A DNA stretch of 13,931 nt, from NCBI GenBank assembly GCA_003144275.1, contig NJBF01000064.1, positions 1 through 13,931 of the forward strand, given 5' to 3'. Shown one piece after another: positions 1 through 7,748 of this stretch (positions within the stretch are counted from its first letter, which is position 1; every line of letters starts with the position of its first letter). The notes beneath the pieces are model-generated. The model was not told the origin of the DNA, did not search any database, and saw only the letters and a program-made list of their open reading frames with translations. This DNA comes from Candidatus Heimdallarchaeota archaeon B3_Heim (GTDB taxonomy: Archaea; Asgardarchaeota; Heimdallarchaeia; Hodarchaeales; Hodarchaeaceae). The translations under genes were made by a program, and so were the position numbers.

Positions 1-2
1 TT

Positions 3-113
3 GTTGATTGGCTGGATTATGATCAAAAATTCGGTAGTACACTTTCAGATTTACTTACTGCCCTAACCAAGGTAGTTCCTTCAATGGAGGTTACGCGTTG
101 TAAGAATTATTAA
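3..113 (+). CDS. 3' end of an unidentified CDS entering from the left edge (VDWLDYDQKFGSTLSDLLTALTKVVPSMEVTRCKNY*)
   Basis: Frame 3 is open from the window edge to TAA at 111-113 and reads as protein-like. It converges on the next gene. Too short to assign. Confidence 0.5.
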   Translation, partial: VDWLDYDQKFGSTLSDLLTALTKVVPSMEVTRCKNY

Positions 114-120
114 AAAAAAA
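111..120 (-). terminator. Oligo-T tract, putative archaeal-type terminator of the ABM gene
   Basis: An A-run on + gives a T-run on - about 25 nt past the stop at 144, within a pyrimidine-rich stretch. Confidence 0.4.
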
Positions 121-143
121 GTGGGAAAAGAGAGTGGATTCGT

Positions 144-434
144 TTAGTCGATCACAACTTCACAGAGTTCTATTGTTGGTTCTCCTGTTAGATATGGTGA
201 AATTTTCGCCATTTGTTTTTTCATAAAGCCTTCTTGGGCTACTTTTTGGGCATCTTCTTTCGTATTCCACGATATTAATGCAGTGATTTTGCTTTTCTCT
301 CGATCTATGAGGACTCTTGTTCCTTTCCATCCTTTTTGTTCCTTTTGAGCTGGAATTATACTCTCTCTCATTATTTTTGTAGCTTCATCCAGTTCTTCTG
401 GTTTAAATTTACTTGTTACTATTCTATCATACAT
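144..434 (-). CDS. Antibiotic biosynthesis monooxygenase (ABM)-like dimeric alpha/beta barrel protein
   Basis: 96 aa. The pattern MYxRIVT..KP..LDEA...MRESIIPA.K.QKGW.G, then the strand LISW.T.EDA, resembles the ABM family. Confidence 0.7.
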   Translation of the reverse strand: MYDRIVTSKFKPEELDEATKIMRESIIPAQKEQKGWKGTRVLIDREKSKITALISWNTKEDAQKVAQEGFMKKQMAKISPYLTGEPTIELCEVVID

Positions 435-995
435 TGTATTTCTTCCTGTTCGTTTATTTGAATAATTACCAATAAAAAGTAATTTTACTTAGCATTTATC
501 ATGCGAAATTCACAATAGTTAAGAATATATTCAATCGAATGTCTCTTGATTTTGAAATAGGATAAAAAAAAGATAAGTAGCTAGAGGGGTTAATCTACAT
601 CTTCCTACCAGTTTTATCTATTATTTATAGCTGATGTGAATAAAACAACGATTAACGACACTGAAAAGTCATGTATAGCTGTAACAATTATAACACCAAT
701 TTTGCGACATCGAGAAGCTCGGAGGGAGATGATTATCAAGGAAACTTGCTATAAAGTTCGCATTCACATCTTTTTCGTCGTTTAAATGAATTTCCTCACC
801 TAATTTTGCAGTGATTTAAATTTCAAGAAGATTCGATTGTCTTTCCAAAATAGTATGTCAAAAGAAATCTCTCTAATTTATGAAAAACTCTAATGTCCTA
901 AGAACATTTCATATAGGATAAAAATTAAACAGATTAAAAAAGAAGTTCATCGACGATATCTATTAATCCTTCGATAAATTTTTGAAGGAATTGTT

Positions 996-1496
996 GTGGT
1001 TAAATCATTGAAAAATGAAAATAGGACTTTTGATTACTTATGGGGAATTTTCTTATTACTGGAAATTTTTTCTGGGGAATTCTTTAAAAATTATAACCCC
1101 TTTGTTTTACTCCAAATATTAGGTTTTTTCTTTCTCCTTTTAGCTATAAGTTTTATCCCCATTCCTCTAATACTTTTTCCTAGAAAGAGAGATGAAGAGA
1201 AGTATGAGCATTTTTTTGATGTTCCTCATGTTATTAAAACTGGTATTTATGGTCTTGTTCGTCATCCACAGTATTTAGGATGGATTTTCGTTATTATAGG
1301 TCTTTTTTTCATCAGACAGGAACCTGTGGGTGCTTTATTTGGAATTTTCGGATTGTTTTTTCTCAATTATTGTGTTGAAAATGAAGAAAATAATCTTATT
1401 AAGAAATTCGGTAAAGAATATGAATTATACAAAGCTACTGTTCCTAGATGGAACCTTATTTTAGGTTTTTATCGATATTTTAAGAAAGATAGTTGA
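996..1496 (+). CDS. Isoprenylcysteine carboxylmethyltransferase / PEMT-family membrane methyltransferase
   Basis: Several hydrophobic segments, the signature TGIYGLVRHPQYLG, and the C-terminal EE..L..KFGKEYELYKATVPRW. GTG start is uncertain. Confidence 0.85.
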   Translation: MVKSLKNENRTFDYLWGIFLLLEIFSGEFFKNYNPFVLLQILGFFFLLLAISFIPIPLILFPRKRDEEKYEHFFDVPHVIKTGIYGLVRHPQYLGWIFVIIGLFFIRQEPVGALFGIFGLFFLNYCVENEENNLIKKFGKEYELYKATVPRWNLILGFYRYFKKDS

Positions 1497-1761
1497 TTTA
1501 CAGTAATAATATTCATTTAGAAGTTTACTCATTATTCTAAAGCTAGCTTTAACAATAATAATCTGTGTTTGACGAAAGCTAGCTTTCAAAATACAAACAA
1601 AGATTTGGTGAAGTAATAGATCAAATAATTGTCTAGCTTAGATTTACAACAACCCGTATCTTACATCATAAGTCAACATTGAATCTTATTAGTGTTAACA
1701 GAACTAAGATTAAAAGCGATAGATAATCGGTTTTTATTGAATGAACTTTGTGTGAACCATC

Positions 1762-2778
1762 ATGAAAGCTAAGACACTGTTGTTTACAGAAGAGGAAATA
1801 CATTTCCAAATTGATGAAATTTCCCTTTCTGGAACATTAACAATTCCCCATAAAAGAGAAAAATCTCCAGTTGTGATTTTGCTCAGTGGTTATGGCCCTT
1901 GTAAACGTGATTTTGAGGGACAAGGGCTCAAGAAATTTCGTATAATTTCATCACACCTTGCAGAAAATGGCATTGCCTCTTTAAGGTATGATGATCGGGG
2001 TGCTGGTAATTCTTCTCCTGTAATATGGTCTGATTATACTTTTAATGATCTTGCTAAAGAAGTATTAGCCATTATTAAAGTTTTACAGAAGCACAGAAAG
2101 ACTTATTCGACGCAAATCGGATTACTTGGACACAGTTTGGGTGCAGCGATTGCACCTCTCGTAGCATCTCATTCTAAAGAAGTCAAATTTCTTGTGCTTC
2201 TTGGGGGTCACGGATTGATTGGAACTAAAACTGCAGCCACTACGAGAAAATATTTGGGTAGAATATTAGGTGAGACAGATAAAGAATCTGAAGAAGGAGT
2301 TAAATTAGTAGAGAAACTCTTCAAAGTAATCCTTGCAGAGGGAGAATGGGAGGAAGTCTGTTTATTGGTTCAAGAGAAGATTACTGGAAAATTCCTTAAC
2401 TTACCAGATGAATCTAAACAAATGTTTAAAACGCTTGATAATTATCTGAATTCCACATATGAAGGTTTCTTAATTACAGACGGAAATACTCCCATGTATC
2501 GTTCATTCTTAAAATATGATCCAAGTATTTCTCTATCTAAAACAACTTGTCCTTCTCTCCTACTTTTTGGAGAATTAGATATAATTCATCCACCTGATCA
2601 ACACATGGATGTTATGTTGAAGGCCCTAAAACACGGGGATAATAATGATGTTACGGTCAAAGTCTTTCCTCAAACCAATCATGAATTTACCACTTCAAAC
2701 TCACTAAAGAGAAAAGAATTTACCCCAAATTTCCTTCAGGTTATTATCAATTGGATTCAATCTATTCTTGAAGTGTAA
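1762..2778 (+). CDS. Alpha/beta fold hydrolase (S33/S9-like serine hydrolase)
   Basis: LRYDDRGAGNS motif, nucleophile GHSLG, acid FGELD and catalytic His in TNHEF. Confidence 0.9.
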   Translation: MKAKTLLFTEEEIHFQIDEISLSGTLTIPHKREKSPVVILLSGYGPCKRDFEGQGLKKFRIISSHLAENGIASLRYDDRGAGNSSPVIWSDYTFNDLAKEVLAIIKVLQKHRKTYSTQIGLLGHSLGAAIAPLVASHSKEVKFLVLLGGHGLIGTKTAATTRKYLGRILGETDKESEEGVKLVEKLFKVILAEGEWEEVCLLVQEKITGKFLNLPDESKQMFKTLDNYLNSTYEGFLITDGNTPMYRSFLKYDPSISLSKTTCPSLLLFGELDIIHPPDQHMDVMLKALKHGDNNDVTVKVFPQTNHEFTTSNSLKRKEFTPNFLQVIINWIQSILEV

Positions 2779-3097
2779 ATCAGAAGTCTTTCTTAAGAAT
2801 TTCTTGAATATTTAAGTAATTTCCAATTATTTTCCTACTTTAATTTCGCTAGGCGTTTTCGTCGTAATATTTTTGAAGCAAGGGTCATCTGTTCGAAGAT
2901 ATCTCCAGCCAAATGTTTTTTTTCACAGGATTTACAAAAAAAGAACTTCTATATGTGTATAAAAACAGAAAAATTTTCTGAAAGTGGCAATAAAAATGGG
3001 ACATTCTTATAGAGAATTCTGACTTGGTGAGCATTATTATTGATGTATTACCCTAGAACAAACTTTTTTAAAGAAGGATTGTTATTTTTTTCTCAAT

Positions 3098-3610
3098 ATG
3101 GACTCTAGAGTATTCCTCGCAAAGCAACTTGATCAAACAGGACAAATCATCGAATGGGCTATTTCTCTTTTCTCCGAAGAACGACTCAGTGAAGAGCCTT
3201 CCCATAGAACACACCCCAATGCACCTGAAGGGATAGAATCTTTTTTTGGGAAATGGTCTGCATTACGAGTCTTATTTCACCTTCTTTACTATGAAGAAAC
3301 CATTGCTTTACCCAGTTTAAAACACTGGGTAGGGGAACCTGTTCCCATTTATCCAAAGAGTTCTGAAGAAGAACAGGAATGGAAAAAGTGCGATAATAAA
3401 ACAAAATTGTTGGATCGTTTTCGTGAAGTCCGTAAAAGACAAATAGATATTATTAATAGAATCAATACAATAGATTGGGATAATGATAAGCTTGTCTACC
3501 ATGGACATGGAAAGGTATCAGCATGTTGGTTTGTTTCTAAAACCATTCAACATACGTTCTCTCATGGTGATAAACTTCTTCGGAAAGCGTTATATTGGGA
3601 TGATTTCTAG
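3098..3610 (+). CDS. DinB family protein
   Basis: 170 aa helical protein with W-S-A..VLFHLLYYEE and a C-terminal TIQHTFSH His pattern typical of the DinB/YfiT four-helix bundle. Confidence 0.75.
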   Translation: MDSRVFLAKQLDQTGQIIEWAISLFSEERLSEEPSHRTHPNAPEGIESFFGKWSALRVLFHLLYYEETIALPSLKHWVGEPVPIYPKSSEEEQEWKKCDNKTKLLDRFREVRKRQIDIINRINTIDWDNDKLVYHGHGKVSACWFVSKTIQHTFSHGDKLLRKALYWDDF

Positions 3611-3619
3611 TTATATTCC

Positions 3620-3627
3620 TTTTTTTT
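3620..3627 (+). terminator. T8 tract after the DinB gene
   Basis: Run of T starting 10 nt after the stop at 3610. Confidence 0.4.
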
Positions 3628-3934
3628 GATCAAATCTGCATAAATTCTTTCAAAATTGCCAAGTAAATAGCAAAACAACTGCAAAAAGGTTGAGGAAATT
3701 AGACATTGACCTGGAAATGGGAGAAAATTTATCTTATCTCAGGAATGGACGAAAATCAATTTGGTAAATCCTCTCTTCATCCACTACACATTCCCAATAG
3801 CTTAAGGTACAGATGAACTATTGGAGTAATCCAAAAGCTCTCCTCCTTCTTTTTTTGTTGTAGGTTGACCTTCCTTGAAATGGTTGTGATATAATGATAT
3901 TATTCATTTCTAATCTTGAATTAAGTGATGAATT

Positions 3935-4213
3935 TCGGAACGGATATGTTAAGTAAGATGTCAAGTATTTTATAGCTGAGAAATTAATAATTAGACTCGG
4001 ACTCAATGTTTATCCCAGAACTTCTTCTTCATCATAAGCGAATCCCTCCTGAAATCTTGAATTCTTTATAACAATTTGCCGAAAATCAGTATTGGGATAC
4101 CAAGGATTTCCATCAAATTGCTCAAGAATTAGAAGAATTTATCCATAATTTTCCCTCGGAAGAAAATTTAGATGAATTATGGTATGTTTTGATAAAAATT
4201 CTTTTCTTTGCTG
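3935..4213 (+). repeat. Diverged direct repeat, copy 1 (upstream region + 5' end of TPR gene)
   Basis: Aligns to 6508-6786 at offset 2573. Shares upstream tcggaac...atgttaagtaagatg. The coding part has 27 differences in 207 nt by manual count (~87% identity). Confidence 0.95.
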
Positions 4214-4236
4214 TATCACATCATAGATCATCCTGA
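4006..4236 (+). pseudogene. Truncated TPR-gene paralog/allele (first 69 codons) with an in-frame stop
   Basis: MFIPELLLHHKRIPPEILNSL*QFAENQYWDTKDF...ILFFA matches the N-terminus of the 6579-7715 protein. TAA at 4069-4071. Homology ends abruptly at ~4213. Confidence 0.92.
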
Positions 4237-4283
4237 TAAATCAAACTAAATTGCCCCCTATTGAAATTGAAGAAGACTGAGGA

Positions 4284-5027
4284 CTATGAGGATAATATAC
4301 TTATAACTTTTATTAATGATTGGGCGAATTCATGATTAATTGGAAATATAGATGATCCATGAGCCATTTCATAAGAAGTCTGGCAAGAGCAATTGATATG
4401 CCCTGCATATTTTATTCCATCACTTTGGAAATCACCCGCCCATTTCTCGAGATCTTTTATCATATCCACTTCGGGGACCTGGTTGAATAATAAGTAAATA
4501 TCTAAGTTGAGCCTCGGTTTTGCCCGTTTATAAAGAATTTCCAGCAATCTTTTTGAGCCATTCACTTCATAAGAATTTGGACGAAGAATTAATATTGCTT
4601 TATTCGATAAGGTGATCAAATTAACAAGGATTAGATGCCACCCAGGAGGAGAATCAAAAATAACATAATCATATTTTTCTTCAAGTATCTTGAGGTCTCT
4701 CATCAGTCGTCCTAGGAGATTAAGAAACCATTCTTGATCCGATCCCATGATTTTTTCCATAGGATCGAAAGTTTTGTTTGTGAAAATCACATCCAAGTTG
4801 GGTTTGATATCAGATACGATAACTTCAGTAAAACCCACACTTCCATTAAGATAATCGTTGAAATAAGTGTCAGGTTCACAATTAAAGATATTATAAAAAG
4901 AGGGCATACTAAAATCATTCTCTATAAGTAGTACTTCATTATCTTGTGATAAGATACTTGCCAGATTAACAGCTACTGTAGTTTTACCTGTTCCTCCCTT
5001 GTAACTATGGACGAATATCTTTTCCAT
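4284..5027 (-). CDS. MinD/ParA-family ATPase
   Basis: Deviant Walker A YKGGTGKT with the signature Lys, LLIEND and Walker B region VIFDSPPG. ATG at 5027 preferred over the GTG at 5048. Confidence 0.92.
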   Translation of the reverse strand: MEKIFVHSYKGGTGKTTVAVNLASILSQDNEVLLIENDFSMPSFYNIFNCEPDTYFNDYLNGSVGFTEVIVSDIKPNLDVIFTNKTFDPMEKIMGSDQEWFLNLLGRLMRDLKILEEKYDYVIFDSPPGWHLILVNLITLSNKAILILRPNSYEVNGSKRLLEILYKRAKPRLNLDIYLLFNQVPEVDMIKDLEKWAGDFQSDGIKYAGHINCSCQTSYEMAHGSSIFPINHEFAQSLIKVISILSS

Positions 5028-5047
5028 GATGGACCAACCTTTTGACA

Positions 5048-5581
5048 CTATTGGGCATAATAATAAATTTTACCGTGTGACTCTCTAAAATCAAGTAGAG
5101 AATCAGCCATAAATTTCTCAATATGAGTGCTTATAATCTTTTCATCTTCCCTCAAATGAGTTGCTAGATCTTCAATTGTCACTCCTGGAATCTTTTGTAC
5201 CTGTAATTCAAGTAATGCTACAGCTGTATCATTTTCTTCTTGTGAAAGGGTTTGCCGCATATTCCAGTTCTTTAAACTCCATTCTTTTCTTAATATAGTC
5301 AAAAATTCGCTTATAGCTCTCTTAATAAAATCATCCATACCGATCAACCCATACCGACTTTTAATTTGCCGACTAGAAATAATATTATGGATTTCATTAT
5401 TCAGATCTTCATCAATTTCTAGAGCGACTCCATGGTAGACTTTGTTAACACAAAATCGCAGTACATCAGCTTTGTTCTTCAGTTTGAATTTCTTTTGAAT
5501 ATTTTCAAACATTTTTGCGTCTTCTTTATCAAGGTCCACGCGAATGGGAAATTTGTGACTCTTTTCGCTATCATCCGCCAT
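5048..5581 (-). CDS. DNA-binding protein: N-terminal ribbon-helix-helix-like unit(s) plus C-terminal winged HTH
   Basis: IRVDLDKEDAKMFENIQKKFKLKNKADVLRFCV fits an RHH strand-helix-helix. A possible second unit ends in MDDFIKRAISEFL. VTIEDLATHLRED..IISTHIEKF....LL......GKIYYY fits a wHTH. Lies 20 nt upstream of the ParA ATG, so likely co-transcribed. Confidence 0.7.
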   Translation of the reverse strand: MADDSEKSHKFPIRVDLDKEDAKMFENIQKKFKLKNKADVLRFCVNKVYHGVALEIDEDLNNEIHNIISSRQIKSRYGLIGMDDFIKRAISEFLTILRKEWSLKNWNMRQTLSQEENDTAVALLELQVQKIPGVTIEDLATHLREDEKIISTHIEKFMADSLLDFRESHGKIYYYAQ

Positions 5582-5806
5582 CGATACTCACACTTACACA
5601 ACTAATTCTCATTAATGAACTAAGAAAAAAGATCCGTAAAACAATATTGGTTATTACGCATAATAAAATTAGCATCGTAAAGCTTATTAATACCATTGCA
5701 TTACAATAGTAACTATTAGAATATAATGATTAATACAATAAGAAAGATGGAAGATCTATGAGTGGTTATCATTTAGATTACCATTCACAACTCCAGAGGG
5801 CTTTCA

Positions 5807-5840
5807 TCATGGTGATGTCTCCTAAGGGGATATCACCTGA
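5807..5840 (+). other. 15-bp imperfect hairpin with a bulged T
   Basis: tca-(t)-ggtgatgtctcc / taa loop / ggggatatcacc-tga. Both non-Watson-Crick pairs are G-T wobbles on the + strand. Confidence 0.75.
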
Positions 5841-5843
5841 CCT

Positions 5844-5864
5844 AACAAAACAAACAACAGAAAA
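5844..5864 (-). terminator. U-rich tract, possible terminator for minus-strand transcripts from the mini-element
   Basis: Minus strand reads ttttctgttgtttgttttgtt, downstream of the orphan omega-RNA scaffold. Confidence 0.35.
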
Positions 5865-6005
5865 TCATAAGACTAGCACCCTTGTAGATAGTATCCTATT
5901 CGGGATAGCTAGCCGAAATGTGTAACTGAGTGGGGTTATATTATGGGACGAAACGGAAATCCTCCTATCGTCCCCTACACATTTTGCATAGATGAACGGT
6001 TTAGA

Positions 6006-6077
6006 GGAACTCATGACTAAATTTGTCAGATAACTCGTTAGAAGCGAGTTCTGGACAGGATGAGTCACACATCCGCT
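6006..6077 (-). ncRNA. Orphan omega-RNA (reRNA) 3' scaffold
   Basis: 31 nt identical to the tnpB 3' end (6047-6077 = 10714-10744). The hairpin has compensatory changes and the pseudoknot strand agtca is kept. The 5' and 3' limits are uncertain. Confidence 0.75.
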
Positions 6078-6192
6078 TCCAGAGAAAACCTATTCAAGGA
6101 TTGAATAAGTCTTCGAGGGACTCCTTGTTCCTATGGAGTTGACATTATCTCTTGATTCCTCAAATTTCAGTATCCACTGGTATTACATTCCT

Positions 6193-6228
6193 CGCCTTTG
6201 ACGGGTAACTCATCTAACGTAGTTACGA
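6193..6228 (-). pseudogene. tnpB: tnpB fragment just after RuvC-I (VTTLDELPVKG vs VTTSDGLLVKG)
   Basis: 32/36 nt identity to 10124-10159. Weaker similarity continues to ~6170 (cagtgg). Confidence 0.85.
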
Positions 6229-6507
6229 AGGAGCAACACCCAACCAGATTGTTTGGATTTAGTTCATCACCTCTATTTACTTGTATGGGAAGAAGAACCC
6301 CTTTTAAGGATGTTAGAGAGAGAGCGGTGAATATGACGAATACGACTTTGTCGGACAAATCATGCCATGGATTGGTTACTGGATTGTATGTTAAAACAGG
6401 TTTAGAACTAGGCATAATTTACACTGTGTCGGTTTTAAAATTCCGATAGGAATTTCCTGTATCCTTATACAAAGATAGAGAACCAATCAAAAATTCCGTG
6501 TTGATTA

Positions 6508-6786
6508 TCGGAACATAGATGTTAAGTAAGATGCTAAGGATTTTATAGTTGTAAGAAAAATCATTGGACTTGGAATCAATGTCTATCCCAGAACTCCTTC
6601 TTCATCATAAAAGGATACATCCAGAGATCTTGCAGTCATTACTTCAGTTTGCCGAAAATCAATACTGGGATACCAAGGATTTCCATAAAATTGCTCAAGA
6701 ACTAGAGGAATTCATACATAATCTTCCCTCGGAAGAAAATTTAGATGAATTATGGTATGTTTTGGTAAAAATCCTTTTCTTTGCAG
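6508..6786 (+). repeat. Diverged direct repeat, copy 2 (upstream region + 5' end of the intact TPR gene)
   Basis: Partner of 3935-4213. Includes a 41-nt perfect tract (6724-6764 = 4151-4191). Confidence 0.95.
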
Positions 6787-7715
6787 GAGATTTAAAGAAA
6801 CTTAGTGATGTATATACGTCAATTACTGCAACCAGTCAGGGGATTCCTGGGGTGCGGACCTTCTATGCGCTCGCCTTAACCTTTCAAGGCCATTCTGAAG
6901 AGGGTTTAAGAATTCTAAATAATACGAACATTGATGAAATCAGTGATCCCCAGATACGAATTGAAGCGTTAGGTATCAATCTTTTTTTCCATTCAATTCG
7001 TCGTGATCAGAAAAAAGTCGATGATCTTTATCAAAAGATAATTCATCTTTCTGAAACTGTTCCGGAACTCACTGAAAGGCAGAAAGCTCATCTACTTCCT
7101 TGGGCATATATTCGAAAAGCTTATTCGATTCGTGGACAAACCACCCGAGCTTTAGATCTTTTAAACAAAGTTCAAACGGAATTAAACATCTTTCCACATC
7201 GTTTCTTTCAGATTATGACGAGCTTAAGGATTGGCCATATCTATCACATTAGTGGAGACTTTAATAAGGCAATAGAGCTTTATGATCAAGCTATTGACCT
7301 TGCAATGGAAGTCCAAAGCTGGCATCTTCTTTCGATGATCTATAACCGAGTGGGGTTTATTTTGACTGCTCAGAGGCAGGTGAATGAAGCTAGAGGATAT
7401 TTTCAGGATTCTTTGGATTATGCAAAGAAATCTGGTGCAAGATGGTTAACCGTTGGCCCTCTGGTAAATTTAATCAGATGGAAGTTAAATCAAGGGAGGA
7501 TTGACGAAGCTATAGAGGATTATCATACATTTGCTAAAATCACTGAATCTGTTGGCGATGAACAGGAACAATTTTACGCTCTCCTTGCTCTTGCCGAACT
7601 CTATGCCCAAATTGATGATATGCCAAAGTCGAAATACTACTATTCCAAAGGGGTTAAATTAGGGTTAAAGCTTGGTTTATTTCGTCTGGTAGATCAATCA
7701 AAAGAGAATAACTAG
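6579..7715 (+). CDS. Tetratricopeptide-repeat protein
   Basis: TPR-like units such as LRIGHIYHISGDFNKAIELYDQAIDLA and IYNRVGFILTAQRQVNEARGYFQDSLDYA. ATG 6579 preferred because the duplicate copy keeps this ATG but has TTA in place of the TTG at 6564. Confidence 0.85.
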   Translation: MSIPELLLHHKRIHPEILQSLLQFAENQYWDTKDFHKIAQELEEFIHNLPSEENLDELWYVLVKILFFAGDLKKLSDVYTSITATSQGIPGVRTFYALALTFQGHSEEGLRILNNTNIDEISDPQIRIEALGINLFFHSIRRDQKKVDDLYQKIIHLSETVPELTERQKAHLLPWAYIRKAYSIRGQTTRALDLLNKVQTELNIFPHRFFQIMTSLRIGHIYHISGDFNKAIELYDQAIDLAMEVQSWHLLSMIYNRVGFILTAQRQVNEARGYFQDSLDYAKKSGARWLTVGPLVNLIRWKLNQGRIDEAIEDYHTFAKITESVGDEQEQFYALLALAELYAQIDDMPKSKYYYSKGVKLGLKLGLFRLVDQSKENN

Positions 7716-7748
7716 CACTACAAGTTAAGATCAATTTTGAAAGTTGGG

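Larger units (their letters stand above)
6006..6369 (-). mobile_element. Non-autonomous deletion derivative (MITE-like) of the TnpB element
   Basis: Collinear minus-strand homology to the intact element in four blocks: end motif 6348-6369 ~ 9356-9377; 6315-6340 ~ 9419-9453; 6193-6228 ~ 10124-10159 (32/36); 6006-6077 ~ 10714-10784. Confidence 0.9.

Noticed and set aside
600-730. Hydrophobic minus-strand reading (QVSLIIISLRASRCRKIGVIIVTAIHDFSVSLIVVLF...)
   Set aside because: About 44 codons with no proper start and no recognisable family. May be a gene relic but unsupported.
2835-2948. Minus-strand CxxC fragment (FCKSCEKKHLAGDIFEQ...)
   Set aside because: A stop lies immediately upstream, there is no start, and only one CxxC is present.
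3186-3508. Antisense ORFs 3186-3404 and 3317-3508
   Set aside because: Shadows of the DinB gene with no motifs.
3818-4006. 62-aa minus ORF
   Set aside because: Antisense to the duplicated TPR upstream region; low-complexity and not protein-like.
4734-5709. ORFs 4734-4931(+) and 5515-5709(+)
   Set aside because: Antisense overlaps of the ParA and RHH genes.
5898-5911. tagctatcccgaat (minus) resembling tagctatccgaat in the tnpB 5' region (9527-9539)
   Set aside because: 13 matches with a gap is about what chance gives for these search lengths, and it is out of collinear order.
5986-6005. Self-target of the orphan guide (tctaaacc matches at ~6406-6399 minus and ~8853 plus)
   Set aside because: Only 8 contiguous nt match, with no shared upstream TAM.
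5920-6015. Hammerhead-like (ctgag...ggacgaaac) or RNase P-like (gaggaac) words
   Set aside because: The core is CUGAGUG, not CUGANGA, and the helices do not fit. The RNase P P4 consensus is absent. No SRP or group II intron domain V motif was found either.
5865-6449. ORFs 5865-6068, 6167-6415 and 6198-6449 as real proteins
   Set aside because: Explained as mini-element remnants (THPVQN tail, VTTLDELPVKG scrap) or chance frames.
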